This document shows positions 26,087 to 39,834 of a stretch of 64,000 bases of DNA, piece by piece. Under the pieces are notes generated by a model. That model worked only from the letters and a program-made list of their open reading frames with translations, searched no databases and was not told the DNA's origin. Positions within the stretch are counted from its first letter, which is position 1, and each line of letters opens with the position of its first letter. A program made the translations under genes and the position numbers. This DNA is from Mobula hypostoma (lineage: Eukaryota), in the NCBI RefSeq assembly GCF_963921235.1, contig NC_086104.1:64232001-64296000 (forward strand), written 5' to 3'.

Positions 26087-28032
26087 AATCAGGGATTAGG
26101 GAGCCTATAGAACATTCTTGCAAGGAGAAGAGTGACATGGTCATAGAATAATCAATCATAGAAAGGTATACTCTGAAAGGCTATAGGATTTCACCATGGA
26201 ACTAAAAACCAAGTAATAGCATGCCACACCAAATCAGGATTTAACCCAAACCAATTAAGGTTCATGTACAAACATTCACAATCTTTTAACTATGAAGAAT
26301 CCATATTATTCTTTATCCGTGCACATCTCACTGGTAGTTTTCCATTCAGTTCTCTATCATTGGCTTATTCTATATACATCTTCAGAATGATTCAACAATA
26401 TATTGTGCCCATCACACGTGTCAACACTTTTAAAGAGACATTGAAGGAGGAAATTTCTGGAGTCAAGTGATGAATGGGGAGGGAAATTGAGGGACGAGGT
26501 AGAGCTTATGACTACAATTTAGAAAGCATAATGTTAAAAACTTCATGTGGACATAGTGCAGAAGCAGTGGATATTGGATTATAAGGTGCAACATTTTTAT
26601 CATTTAAACTGTTCTGAAATTACATAAATGATAGATTGAGGGTTTAAAACTCATTTTTATACAAACGGGGGTAGTTAAAGTATGTGATTGGTAGAATGAC
26701 CATTTCAAAAGTGTGTGACTGGATGGGATTAGGCTCATCAGTTTTAGGAAAGGCAGCACCAGCAGATTTTTGCTGCATCAACATCATTTCAATAAGGCCT
26801 GTGTGTCGTCACTGCATAGCTATTAAGAGATAAGAATTTTGCTACCCCTAACTCTTTGCAAATACTGCTGCTACTCAGTGTGAGTTAGGTTTAGTCCATT
26901 TAAGATTCTTTTAAAATCAGCTCTGAAAAGGAGGGGAGTGAGTGCAAACACAAGCAATGAAACAGAATATTAATTCAGAGCACAGATTTAACAAATATTC
27001 ACATACTACATGCTATGAAAATCAAATGCAGGATAGATTAGCAGATCAGGATGGCTTTGGAGAAGTGTCCTGCTTTCTGTGGCTGGGTTTTGGTCTTTTC
27101 CATGGTGCCTTATTTTTGCTTTTGGATCCTATGCCCCTGAAGGCTTTAGCAAACAGCTTCTCATTGCTTTAGACCAAATTGTTACGCTTTACAGATTAGG
27201 ATTATTACTTTTTTTACAAATGATTTTTAGCATTCCTGTCTCTGAATACTGCATAATTCCTTGTTGTTTTCCTTCTTGAATAAAACAAACATTAATCTTT
27301 GGTAAGAAGTTTGCAAATTCTACCATTCTGTGGCCTTAACTCCTAAATTGTGGGAGCCACTTAATGTCAAAGCCATTAATCCAGAGAGGCAACAAATGAG
27401 AATTCATGACCAGAATATGACATATTTTAATGACTTACAATACCTGTAACAACAGTTAAAATGCTTGTCACACTGATAGTAATTTATATTATACTTTCAT
27501 TAACAAATCAACAATTCATTGTTAAAACCTGGCATGACTCGGATTGACAGTTTTTTGCAAAGGTATTCAGGGTATCGTATTTGATGATAAATAAATAAAT
27601 TTTTGCAGATGCCATTGTGATTATTCCACAAAACCATTTGGCTATTCTGTCAGATTATTTTGAAAAACAGTCAAAACACATATTCAAGAGTTTCTCATGT
27701 CAAAACATTCACTGTTTCTTGGAGAACAGGGAAAGAAAGAAAACTATAACTTTAGAACCTAGCTTTGGTACTGATGTGAAATTTAATTAAATTTCACATT
27801 AATTTCATTCACTCCATTGCAGAGCCTCTGGCTTGCAAGATTAAGTCAATTCTCACAAGCAACTGCTGTATGCACTCATCCAACTGCCCTCAGAAGAAAT
27901 TAAATTTAACTACCAGCTAGAAAAATCAAATACACTCAACCTTATAATGGTCCCTTGGGAAATTAGATGATGAAAATCTGGAAAAAGAATCATTATCCCT
28001 TGTTATCACCAATAGAAGATGATTTTACTTAC

Positions 28033-28175
28033 CATTAAAACACCAAAGGACCACCAGTCTGCACTTTGTGTATGACCACGGCGATTGACGACCTCGGGAG
28101 CCATGTACTCTATTGTTCCACAGAAGGAATAGGCTCTCTTGTCATGGTCAACAGCTTCCTTGCTGAGCCCAAAGT
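28033..28175 (-). CDS. rps6ka2: RSK3 exon (143 nt): (D)[47 protein letters not shown], activation loop
   Basis: CAG/GTAAGT boundaries, DFG...APE, AYSFCGT PDK1 site. Confidence 0.97.
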
Positions 28176-28308
28176 CTGTGCAGCATAAATGACTTTTAAT
28201 AAAACTGAAACCTTGTCAGAGTGTCAGAAATGATGTGTGCAACTTGAACGTTCAATGTCAGTGCATTTCAGTTTGATATTCAAATTAATTAATCCAATCT
28301 GTACTCGC

Positions 28309-28346
28309 CTGTTATTTTAATGTGACCATCTTCATCTAGAAGGACA
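28309..28346 (-). CDS. rps6ka2: RSK3 exon (38 nt): (N)VLLDEDGHIKIT(D), GC donor
   Basis: CAG acceptor at 28347-28349, donor reads ACAG|GCGAGT; length and phase are exactly those needed to join the neighbouring exons in frame. Confidence 0.92.
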
Positions 28347-28473
28347 CTGAAATTTAAATAGCAAAAACAAACAATATGAGAAATCCTTTGGTGAAGGAAA
28401 GCACTTAAGATCATTTCCATATTTAAAACTCAAAAGTAAAAGTCCTTTCACATTGTCAACAGATACAAGAACC

Positions 28474-28608
28474 ATCTGATGACGGGTCTTGGCCTGAAAC
28501 ATTGACTGTTCATTTCCCTCCATAGATGCTGCCTGACCCGCTGAGCTTCTCCAGTAAATTTTTGTCCATTTATCCAGATTTCCAGCATATGCAGTTCTCC
28601 TGTGTTTC
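28474..28608 (+). mobile_element. Penelope pseudo-LTR fragment starting at the hammerhead core
   Basis: CTGATGAcgggtcttggcctGAAACattgactgt followed by ccatagatgctgcctgacc and the atttccagcat tail. Confidence 0.75.
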
Positions 28609-29794
28609 ATAATAAAGCACAGGATCTAATTTTCCAATTAATGTTTTCAATAAAGAGAGATTATATTGGGCTGAATGGACAATAGGCAACACATAGAAAT
28701 ACACTCACATTGTACTACAGTATTCCTATCCTAACAAGATGGTAATTAATAGTCTTCAGTCAGCTCAGTGATTCCAAATCTGCAGCTATAGCCATGTTGC
28801 TAAGCAGAGATAATGTTTTGTTGTTAATAAGTAGATTTTGGATCCTATACCAGGACTGTGACTAAAGGTTAACCAGCATATAGACATCAGATTCCCATAA
28901 ACTCATTCAATGTGTAAAATGTCTGTTGAGTTTATTTCCATTCATTCACAAATGAGTATGAAGTTTATTGAGAAAGTTAATCTTTATTGCCCATCCAGTA
29001 AGCTCCAGCAGGAAGTCTGAGCCAGCTTCTTGAAACACTGCAATCTGCATATTGAAGATATTTCCCTTTTAGTGTTGGGTAGGGATTGCAAGTATTTTGG
29101 CCTAATGAAGTTAAAGGAACATTACCGTATTTCAAGGACAAGATGACATTTGGCGTAGGTCGTTATTGGAGATGTCCAATGATTGGGACTCTGTGGTATG
29201 AATGTTTCATGTTACCGAGCAGCCTAACTTTCATATTGTCCAGATCTTACCATGAGCAGGAATGGAGTGCTTCACCATTTAACTTGTGAGTAAGATTACA
29301 TTGAATAATCATCAATAAATATCTCTGCTTCTCATATGAAATACTAAGTCTTTGATGAGGCAACTGAAACTGCCCTTAGAAACTTCAGAAATACACCCAG
29401 GGGCAGAGCTGATTGGCCTTCAATAATTACAATTACTTCCTTTTTCCTAATTGTGATTCACTCCAGCCGATATTCACATTCAAATAAATGAAATAAAACA
29501 TTGCACAAATAATTTACTTTCAAACTACTGCCAAGACTTAAATATGACAGTAAGAAGTGAAAATATGGCAAGTCTGTCAACATCTGAGCAGTAACAGACT
29601 TCAGATCTAACTGAGGATCTGCACATGAAGCACTTACTTGGCTGTTTTTGTGTCCAACATCTAAAATATTACAGCAGTGACAAAGCTTCAATACTTCAAT
29701 GGTCTTAGCAATGTTTGATGTTATAGCTCTTCATACATAAGTTTCACTCTGAGTTCACTTATTGAACTGCTGACTGCCTCTACTTCTTGAGTAA

Positions 29795-30165
29795 AAAAAT
29801 AAACTGCTCAGGGAGTCAAGAAGAATCTGTGTGGAATTGTTCATGTTTCAGGTTGAGACTGTGAATCAGGGCTGAGAGCAGAGAGGAAAGCAACACATCT
29901 TAATTTGGTAAAAGGTACACATTTACAAGGTGTTTTGAAGAAGACTAGGACATCTGCTGAAATTATCTTATGGATGGTATACATGTAGTGAACACAGAGT
30001 GAGTAAATATCTCGGCTTGAATTGCACTCTCCAACCCGGTCAGGGTCTTCACACAAAAAAAAAATCAACAACTCATGTCCACCACAAATGCTGCTTGACT
30101 TTATAAGTTACTTCAACAGTCTGTTTTTTTTAACCCAGATTTAGCATCTGCATTCTCTTGGGCTT
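29795..30165. mobile_element. Old Penelope-derived fold-back remnant
   Basis: Left tgtttcaggttgagac..atcagggctg and right agggtctt..aaatgctgcttgac..cagatttagcatctgca resemble the inverted arms of 19226-19465. Confidence 0.45.
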
Positions 30166-30970
30166 TCTTTTGAAAATCATTTTTGAAGAATTATACAATT
30201 TTCTGTCATTTAGCACTAAGAGAAAATCCTGCTCTGTACAATCATGGCTCAAGATGTTACATCGCTGGATCAGAATGAAAATATTACTAAGGCAGCAGTT
30301 TGCTTGAAACTAGTGGAACTGAGGTAAGAGATTTGATTAAAAGATAAAATCTCACAAAAGGGAATTCAATCTTCCATGTGGCCTACTGTTTCACAGGACG
30401 GAATTATCTTTAAAAGTGAAATATTATGCCATTTATTCAGTTGATACCATCCAGCAAAAGTATTTTCCGCATTCTTTAGTATTTAAGTTAAATATCAAAT
30501 TGCCGCACGGCATAGGAATTGTTCAGCTCTTTCCCTTTATTTTTAGAGAGCAATGAGATATAGATTGCATGCCCACTGTTTCAGGCTGATTGGAACTTGA
30601 GACTGCAGGTTCAGAAGCAGACTACACAGCTGCTTTTACATTGGTAGAGAGCCAGTGATGACAAATGATTGCCCTCCTGCGGTCAACAACTCTCGAGGAT
30701 TAACAACTGGTAGCAAGTGGTGTTACCACAATTATATCATGTGTCATATACAAGTGATTTATATATGCTGTATCTCCATCTGTTTAGCTGTTTTTACATA
30801 CTAACCTTCACAGACAAGAAGCTTATCACAGGCTTTCTTTAAAAGCAAAACATAATGCAGTTGAATATCATATGTTCATGTAATATTCAGTTGAATGCCA
30901 TGTGTTAACATTTACGTATGCAATTTGTGACTGTTAATCTTCTCATTGTAGAGAAAAGCAGCATTTCTTA

Positions 30971-31111
<141 letters not shown>

Positions 31112-31596
31112 TCAACCACACTAACATCAAATAAGGAAGGAAAAATAACAATTTTAAATAACTATTAATGGTTATTTAAAGGAATGGAACGTATAAATAA
31201 AGTGAAGTAGAAATAGTAGAAATATTTTTTTAATTTTAAAAACCTTCCTACTGTATATTTGAAATATTTCTCTCAGGGAACTAAAATATATATACTGTAC
31301 CAAGAAAAATAATTTACTTAGGGCCAGAAAGCATGCTGAGCAGTAATTATTCCATTAGGACTACATACAATAGTGCATAACTTCCAGATATTTCACACTG
31401 ACATTAGTTCATAATTATCTGAAGTTCAAATTAATTCTAGTGATTTTCCCTTGACTCTTGAAGATAGCAGTGAACTGTGCAGCCTGTAGAAGAGTGAATA
31501 ACTAACAGAAACTTCAGGATTTCCATGTTAAAATAGCATGCATTGAAATCCCAAAGCATTTATTAGATTAATGGTGTAATGATAGAAAACGCTGTT

Positions 31597-33895
31597 AGTT
31601 GGAATTGGTTTATTATTGTCACATGAGCCAAAGTACAGTCAAAACTTGTCATGCATACCGTTCATACATAAGAACATAAGAAATAGGAGCAAGAGTAGTC
31701 CACCTGGCCCGTCGAGCCTGCTCCATCGTTCAGTAAGATCATGAGTGATCTGGCCATGGACTCATCTCCAGCTACCTGCCTTCTTCCCCATAACCTTTAA
31801 TTCCTCTACTATGCAAAAATCTATCCAACCTTGTCTTAAGTATATTTACTGAGGCAGCCTCCACTGCTTCAGTGGGCAGAAAATTCCACAGATTCACCGC
31901 TCTCTGGGAAAAACAGTTCCTCCAACAGATTAATTCATTACATAAAATATAATGTTGCACCAATGTTTTAACCTATTCCAGGTTGAATCTAGCCCTTCCC
32001 TTCCACATAATCCTTCATTTATCTTTCATCCGTGTGCCTGTGTAAGAGTCTCTTAAATGTATCTGCCTCCACCATCACCCTGGGAAGCATTCCATGCACT
32101 TGATAATCTCTGTGCAAATAAAAACTCTGACACTTTCCTCCCATCACCTAAAAATTATGCCCTCTCTTACTGCTGCCTAGGGAACAAAGTGCCAGCTGTT
32201 CATTTTGTCTTTGCCTCTTATCATCTTAAACACCTCTATCAAGTCACCTCTTAACCTCCTTTGCTTCAGAAAGAAAAGCCCTAATAAGACATGCTTTCTA
32301 ATCCAGACAGCATCCAGACAAATCTCCTCTGCACCCTCTCCAGTGTTTCTACATCCTTCAAATAATGAGGTGAGCACAACACACTGTGTGGTCTGATCAG
32401 AGTTTCACACAGCTGTAGCATTACTTTGCAGCTCCTGAACTTCATCCCCTGACTAATGAAGACCATCGCACACGATATCTTCTTAACCACCCAATAACCT
32501 TGCAGGGCAACTTTCAGTGATCTAGGGACTACAGAAGCCATCTGTTCCTCTACAGTGCTAAGAATGCTGCCATTAACCTTGCACTCCACCTTTAAATCTG
32601 ACCTTCCAAAGCGTATCAATTCACCCTTTTCTGGATTGAGCTCTATCTGCCACTTCTCAACCCAGTTCAGCATCCTATGAATATCCAATTGTAACCTACA
32701 ACAACCTTCTACGCAATCCACAACACCACCAACCTTCTCGTCATTTGCAAACTTACCAACCGACCCTCCCACTTCCTCATTTAGGGCATTTATAAAAATC
32801 TCAAAGAACAGAGGTCCCGAAAGAGTCTAAACTACCTCCTGATTTCCATTGTGCACTTCCCTGAGTACATCTGTTCTCAACTTACACTTCCAACTTCCTG
32901 CCTAACAGCATCATAATTCACCCTCCTCCTTTTAAATACTTTCCCATTCCTTCTGATGCTATCCTTGTCTATGCTAAAGGCCTGTCCGCATATTTGTGTC
33001 AGGAATCCATCGTGGACACATTTAACAAATTCTGTCCCATTTAAACCTTTTGTACTAGGGATTTGCAATCAATATTATGGAAGTTGAAGTGACCCATGAC
33101 AAACACCTCATAATTTTTGCACCTTTTCCAAATGTGCCACCCCATCTGCTCTTCATTCTCTGACTTCCATCCACACTGACTCAGTAGACAACCCCTCCAC
33201 AACATCCTCCCTTTCTGAAGCTGTGATACCATCCCTGATTAGCAATGTCATTCCCCACCTCTTTCACCTCCCTCCCTGTCCCTTTTGAGGCATCTAAACT
33301 TCAAAGCATCCAGCAGCCATTCCTGCCTTTGTGATAGCCAAGTCTCTGTAATGGCTATGTCAGGCAGTGAGGTAGTACAAGGTAAGACAATAACAGAATG
33401 CAGAACAAAGTATAGCTGCAGAGAAAATGCAGTACAGACAGACAATAAGGGGCAAGTTCATTATAAGGTAGACTGTGAGATAAAGAGTCCATCTTATTGT
33501 ACTGGAGAACCACTCAATGGTCTTATACTAGTGGGGTAGAAGCTGTCTTTGAGTCTAGTGGAAAATGCTTTCAGGATTTTGTAACTTCAGCCTAATAGGA
33601 TAGTGGAGAAGAGAGAATGTCTGGGTGGATGGGGTCTTTGATTATGCTGGCTGCATTACTGAGGCAACAAGAAATATAGACAGAGACCATGGAGGGGAAG
33701 CCGGTTTCTGTGGTGTCACTACTTTCTGCAGTCTCTTGCAGTCACAGGCAAAGCAGTTGCATACCAAGATGTCATACATACAGATAGGATGCTTTCTATG
33801 GTGCACCAACCAAAACTGGTGAGGGTCAATGGGGACATGCCAGATTGCTTTCACCTTCTCAGGAAGTAGAGGCATTGGTAGGCTATCATTGCAAA
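31597..33895 (-). mobile_element. Nested cluster: Rex1/Babar-like 3' end interrupted by a CR1 tail (about 31667-31925) and an internally deleted CR1 (about 31960-33360)
   Basis: 31667-31923 closely matches 25067-25325; ORF 32281..32772 is CR1 RT; IAITETWL endonuclease motif near 33330-33358; Rex-like sequence resumes at about 33361 (CDCKRLQKVV). Confidence 0.75.
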
Positions 33896-34857
33896 GGGGT
33901 CTACATTGCTGTTTAAATGTAAAACTAGTATGCATCTACCTATTTAACTGGTCTGCTTGCACGTAGAACACATGTTGGATGGGGCAGAAAGGGTTCTGGT
34001 GGGAGGGAGCATAGTGGGGATCTTCAGATGTTAATTGTAAATTCTCAGATGTACCCTTGCACTTGTGAGCTGATACCCATTGACTGGGGTGAGAGCACTC
34101 TGCACTTTGCAATCCTGCTAGTGATGCCTCACCCTAACTTTATTAGCTGTCAAAGATTGAACATTTGTGAATAGTTTTGGTATCCAGGCAATGTTAAAAA
34201 CATAAAATTACCTGAAATAATTAAAATGGAAATCTTTAATATCGACCTTCTGGGTCTCCTTTATTTCATTTTTTTCAGCAACAGCTGTGTTCTCTGTTTC
34301 ACTGTTCCAGTATCTTTCTTTTTTGTTTCTTTCCTGTCTGTACTCCCTTGAGTAACATATGCTCCATACAGCTGCCATTGAAAATCTTCACCACCCGCTC
34401 TCAGTTGAGACTAACCTATTTCATCCATTTTCTCAGTCACCACTCAACCACAGACATTCTCTTTGTTGCCCCCACTCTTCCTAATTCCTGCTATTAAAAC
34501 ATGACTGTTGACTAAATCTTGCCAATTCTGTTGAAAAGCCATTAACCTGAAATGGTAACACTTGCTCTCTCCACAGATACTACCTGCCCTGCTGAGAGTT
34601 TGTAATATTTTCTGTTTTATTTCTGATGTACAGTATCACCAATTGTTTACTTTGCTATCAGAAAATTTCTTCTAACTGTTCTCCTTACAGTTATTTCTTT
34701 CAACTGAAATCAACGTGCCAGCAGTTATTATGGAAGATTAGGATGGAATAGGCTCAGTGGGCAAATTTCCCACCAAAAATGCCAGCAATTCTGCAGAAGT
34801 CTGCATTTCTCAGTTGGGCTACGTGAACAGCAGGAGCAGAAAAATGGGTTAAGATGG

Positions 34858-35140
34858 TAAAGTAAGTAAAGGCATCCGTTAGTCTTGCGAGACTGTGGAT
34901 CTGCGCCTGGAAAGTCTTCACTCTCCAGGGCGCAGGCCTGGGCAAGGTTGTATGGAAGACCAGCAGTTGCCCATGCTGCAAGTCTCCCTTCTACATGACA
35001 CCAATATTATTTACGGGAAGGGCATTAGGACCCATACAGCTTGGCACCAGTGTCGTCGCAGAGCAATGTGTGATTAAGTGCCTTGCTCAAGGACACAACA
35101 TGTTGCCTCGGCTGGGGCTCGAACTCATGACCTTCAGGAC
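34858..35140 (-). mobile_element. tRNA-derived SINE with CORE-like box
   Basis: Minus strand: B box gagttcgagccc, then tgtgtccttgagcaaggcacttaatc, a structured body and a (ttac) tail. Confidence 0.7.
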
Positions 35141-35169
35141 CTTTCTAGATCCGCAGAATTTCTTGTATT

Positions 35170-36300
35170 TGTAGAACAGTACGGTACAGGAACAGGCCCA
35201 GGAGCCCTCAATGTACTTGCCAACCACGATGCTAAATTTAACTAATCCCATCTGCATGCACATAGTCTACATCCTTCTAGTCCCTGTCTGTTATCTAAAT
35301 TCCTCTTAAAAATTATTAATTCCACTTCACCACCCTTGCTGGGAGCCTGTTAAAGGCATTTACACTTCCTGTGGGGGAAAAAATCCTTCCCTCATACACC
35401 TCCTTTAATCTTCCACTATAAAACAATGTCTGCTAGTATTTGACATTTCTACCATGGGAAAATATAAGGTTCTATAAGGTTGCATCTCAGCCTCAGACAT
35501 TTCTTGCCTATATACCCATCTAAAGTATATTCTGCTGTACTCTTTGACAATCTTCTTTACCATCAACAACCCCACTAAATGTTGTATTACTTTCAAACTT
35601 ACTAATCAACCCATCTGGATTTTTGAGCAGATCATTTATATATTTCACAAACAACACAGGTCTCAGCACTGCTCCCTGCAGAACAACACTGGTCATAAAT
35701 CAGAGAAAGACCATTTCACACAGATTTGAATTCATCCTAGCACATCAGTCTACCATGAGGGTCAAGGTTGAATGCTCTACTAAAGTCCATGTTGACAACA
35801 TCAAGTGCCCTTCCTTCATCAATTATCTTTATCATCTTCTTAAAAAACTTAGTCAAGTTTATAAGTCATGACCCACCCCACACGAAGCCAAGCTGACTAC
35901 CCCTAATAAGTCTATGTTTTTTCGGATGTGAGCAGACCCTATACTAAAAACCTTCTCAAACAATATCCCCACCATCGATGTAAGGCACACTAGCCTATCA
36001 TTTTGCAGTGTATCTCTATTGCCCTACGCAAAGAAATAAGCCACACTGCCTCATAGGTATGCCAATCATACTCTCCAGACCTTCGGGACTTACCTGTGAC
36101 TAAAGAGAATACAAAGATTTCTGTCAAGGCCCTAGTAATATTCTCCCTTGCCTCTATCAATAATTTGCAATATATCGCATCTGACCTTGTCCTCCTTGAT
36201 ATCAACTTGCCCTGGAATATTAGTACACTCCACACTGATCTCACTATCTTCCATGTGAATACCGGTGCAATGTATTCATTTTAAACCTCACCTCTTTCCT
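35170..36300 (-). mobile_element. Old CR1 fragment
   Basis: EARENITRALTEIFVFSLVTG; 3' end acagtacggtacaggaacaggccc. Confidence 0.7.
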
Positions 36301-36609
36301 CTGGTTTCAGGCTGTTGTGTTTTTATTCAGAATTCTTTAATATCTTCATCATCTTCTACTTTACCATCCATGCTGTCCCTGCCCCCAAGTTATAGTGATA
36401 GATTCCTCAAGGAATCTAATGGGTAATAACATAGCTTCAGAATTTTCAGCTGAGGCTGGACAATGTACCTAGCTGCTAAAACTATGGCAGATTAACTGGC
36501 AGGGCCACAGTTAAAATCAATGGAAAGAAACAACTTAATTTTATATGTATGTGAAAGTATCTTAAATAATTTAATTTTTTAATTTTAGCTTTTTCATTAT
36601 TACTTGATT

Positions 36610-36701
36610 AATATTTTGCCCTGTGCTTATTTGCACTGTACTGCTGCTGCAAAACATCAAATTTCACCAAATGTACATCAGTGATAATAAAGCTGATTCT
36701 G
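36610..36701 (+). mobile_element. Rex1/Babar-like LINE 3' tail
   Basis: tactgctgctgcaaaac..gtgataataaagctgattctga, same tail as 51455-51515. Confidence 0.6.
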
Positions 36702-37117
36702 AAATTCCCTCCTGTATGTGTTGCTAAGATTTCCTGGGTGATTTTTAATGTTCATGTTAGTGACATTTACATGGAACAGCTGATAGCAAAGGCAAGATTC
36801 GGTTCTGGCTGGAAGTGTGTCTGGGGGCTGGGAAGTATAACCAGTCACTTGCAATCTGAGAGTCCCTGTGCTACACTGCAATGAGCTGATGAGCTGGAAG
36901 CAAACTCATATTGCCGAAGTCTGCTCCTGGGACCATGCTGAAGAAACAGTGCGATCCTAGAGCGGGTGAGATCAGCAGCAAATCTGTGGCATTAACAATA
37001 TATGGACTTCTTTGCGTCAGAAGATATCAGATTGCAATAAAACGTAAAATAAAAGTGAAGGCACCAAGTTCTACCATAGACATCATAAAAACTTCCAAAA
37101 TATTATTAATACATTCA

Positions 37118-37411
<294 letters not shown>

Positions 37412-37784
37412 TTATTTGATTTCTAAATATTTGATTTTAAAGGAGGAACCACAAGGGAAATTATTTGAAAGGTAAGAAAGAAAAGCTGAGACAGGAAATG
37501 CACAAAATAATCATGAGTGACTAATAGAACAAAATAAACAAGGAGTGATGGAAAGGAAATGCAGTGATAGGCATTGAAATTAATTTTGTCAGAGAGGATA
37601 TCATTTCTGTAGGTTCTGGATGTCATAAAGAGACTACAATTATTAATCAGATAATATTTCAATGGCCCAGAAAATGACTGAAAAAAATACAGGAGAATAG
37701 TGAATATGCCCCTATGATGATAAAATTCAAAAAGAGAAAAAACTCAAGAGCTGAATACAATAACTTTAACATTGAAATGCTTGA

Positions 37785-38525
37785 GGTCATAAGGTCATAG
37801 TGTTGTACGGCAGAGAAACGGGCCCTATAACCCGGCATGTCCCTGCTGTTCTTTCTGTCCATCAACACTAATCACATGAGCCCACCTTAGGTCCATATTC
37901 TTTTTGCTTCAAGTGCCTGTCTTTCAACTTAAAATTATATCTGACTCTCACACCATCTCTGGTGAATCATTCCGATATCAACAATATTTCTTAAAAAGAA
38001 ACTTCTTCAAATTATTTTTTTCCTGCATCTTAAACCTATGTTTTTGATACCCCTACCATTAGCAAAACATTCAGACTATTAACCCTCTCTATGCCTTTTA
38101 TAATTTTATATATCTCCAACAGTTCACCTCCTCAGCTAGTGTCAGTCCAGGGGAAATAAGCCCTGATTCCAAACTCTCCCCATAATTGAAGTATTCCACA
38201 CTATTAGCATCCTGGTGACTCTCTTCTGTATTTTCTCCAACAGAACCAGTTCCTTCCCATAGTGCAACAACCAGAATTGCATGCAGTACTCCAAGTGAGG
38301 TCTAACCAGTGTTTTGTATTGCAATGTAATGCCCACACTTCTATATTCTGATCCCTGACTTATGAAGACAAGTATGCTATGTGCCTTCTTCATCACTCAA
38401 TCTACCTGTGTTGCCACTTTCGGGGAACTATGCATTTGAACCCCAAAGTCCTTCTTTCTTAGTGCCGTACAATTAATTGTATATTTCCTATATCTATTTG
38501 ACTTCCCAAAACACATCCCATCATA
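37785..38525 (-). mobile_element. CR1 3' fragment
   Basis: LQYKTLVRPHLEYCMQFW in ORF 38142..38396. Confidence 0.82.
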
Positions 38526-38907
38526 CAATAAAAAAATCAGGTGCTACCTTTTCATTCTAAAGTTAAGAGAGGGGAAATTAAGCATTATTTAAATTGGACA
38601 ATGATTTTAAGAAATGAAGGTTTCTTGGAAATGGCAGGTGAATTCAGGTCATCCAATGATAAAGAAACAATTATTATTCTTTCTTCTTTGTAACATACAT
38701 TACTTTAAATTTTCAACAGGATCAAATCAACAAATGACTCCTGACCTCTTTAGTGGACTGAATCTAAGTATCCATTGATCAAGTAACATACTTCAGATGG
38801 AAATATCAAGAGAAATTCACTTTAACTTGTGTGACTTACTTACTTTGTAGACTTTTGTTAGTTAACCAATACCAATAAAAGGTTTGAATGATAAGCACAA
38901 AACTTAC

Positions 38908-38988
38908 CGTAGTGCAACTTGACTATAAAAGGGTGATTGACTTCAGCCAAAATATCTCGTTCCATTTTTGATCTGACTCGATCACGCA
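38908..38988 (-). CDS. rps6ka2: RSK3 exon (81 nt): (V)[26 protein letters not shown]
   Basis: AG/GTAAGT boundaries, phase 1-1, alphaC helix region. Confidence 0.96.
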
Positions 38989-39146
38989 CTGAGGAGGCAA
39001 AAACGAACAAGATTAGTGTAACAACATGTGTTTAAACTATGTATCTAGTTTGGATTCTATTTTAGAATGATTTCTCAACTTATAATTAAATTCATGAAAT
39101 TAAATAGAGACACATGTTATTTCCAGATTCTTCATTGGAATCTAGA

Positions 39147-39600
39147 ATAACATGCAAAATGATGAAGAAATTTAGTGGGTCAGGCAGCATCCGTGGAGGG
39201 AAATGGACAGTTGATATTTTCAGGTTGGGACCCTTCATCTGGACTGAAAGATAGAGATGAGACAGTCAGTATAAAGAGGTGAAGGTAGGGGTAGAGCAAG
39301 AATTGGCAATAATAAGTGGACCCAGGTGATAGGTGGGGTTGATAAGCAGACAAGGGAGGGGAGATAGGGAATTTTGCTAGGGAGTGATATGTGGAAGTGA
39401 CAAAGGACTGAAGATAATGGAATCTGATGGGAGAGGAATCCTACCAACTCTTGCCTTCCCTTCACCTTTTCATTCTAGCTATTTCCTCTCTACATTTTAG
39501 TTTAGATGAGGCATTTTGACTCAAAATGTTGACTGTCAATTTCCTTCCAATAAATGCTGTACAGTCCACTGAGCTCCACCAGTAATTGTTGCATCAGGTC
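39147..39600. mobile_element. Decayed Penelope-derived fold-back element
   Basis: Left arm gtcaggcagcatccgtggagggaaatggacagttga..cccttcatctggactg inverted to right arm tagatgagg..aaatgttgactgtcaatttccttcca..tgctg. Confidence 0.7.
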
Positions 39601-39834
39601 TTGTTGCTCAACAAATAGCATATCATAGCAGACATCTCAGATAGGAGAAAATCAATGGTCCTTTAAGACTAAGTTGTGAAGTCTCCTTCAGATACAGTAC
39701 TTCCACGTGATTCATCAAGAATCATGATATCAGTCTCTAATTTGGGTATTGTCTGAATATGCTTCTAACATCCAGCTTCCAAACATTGATTTGCCTTACA
39801 ACTTTATCAGCATACTAAAAATGCCTTGAAAATT

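Noticed and set aside
29632-29670. Minus-strand NILDVGHKNSQ followed by GTAAGT, resembling the 38-nt exon
   Set aside because: The true exon is at 28309-28346. This stretch would give a 23-nt frameshifting piece and the similarity is too short to call a duplicated exon.
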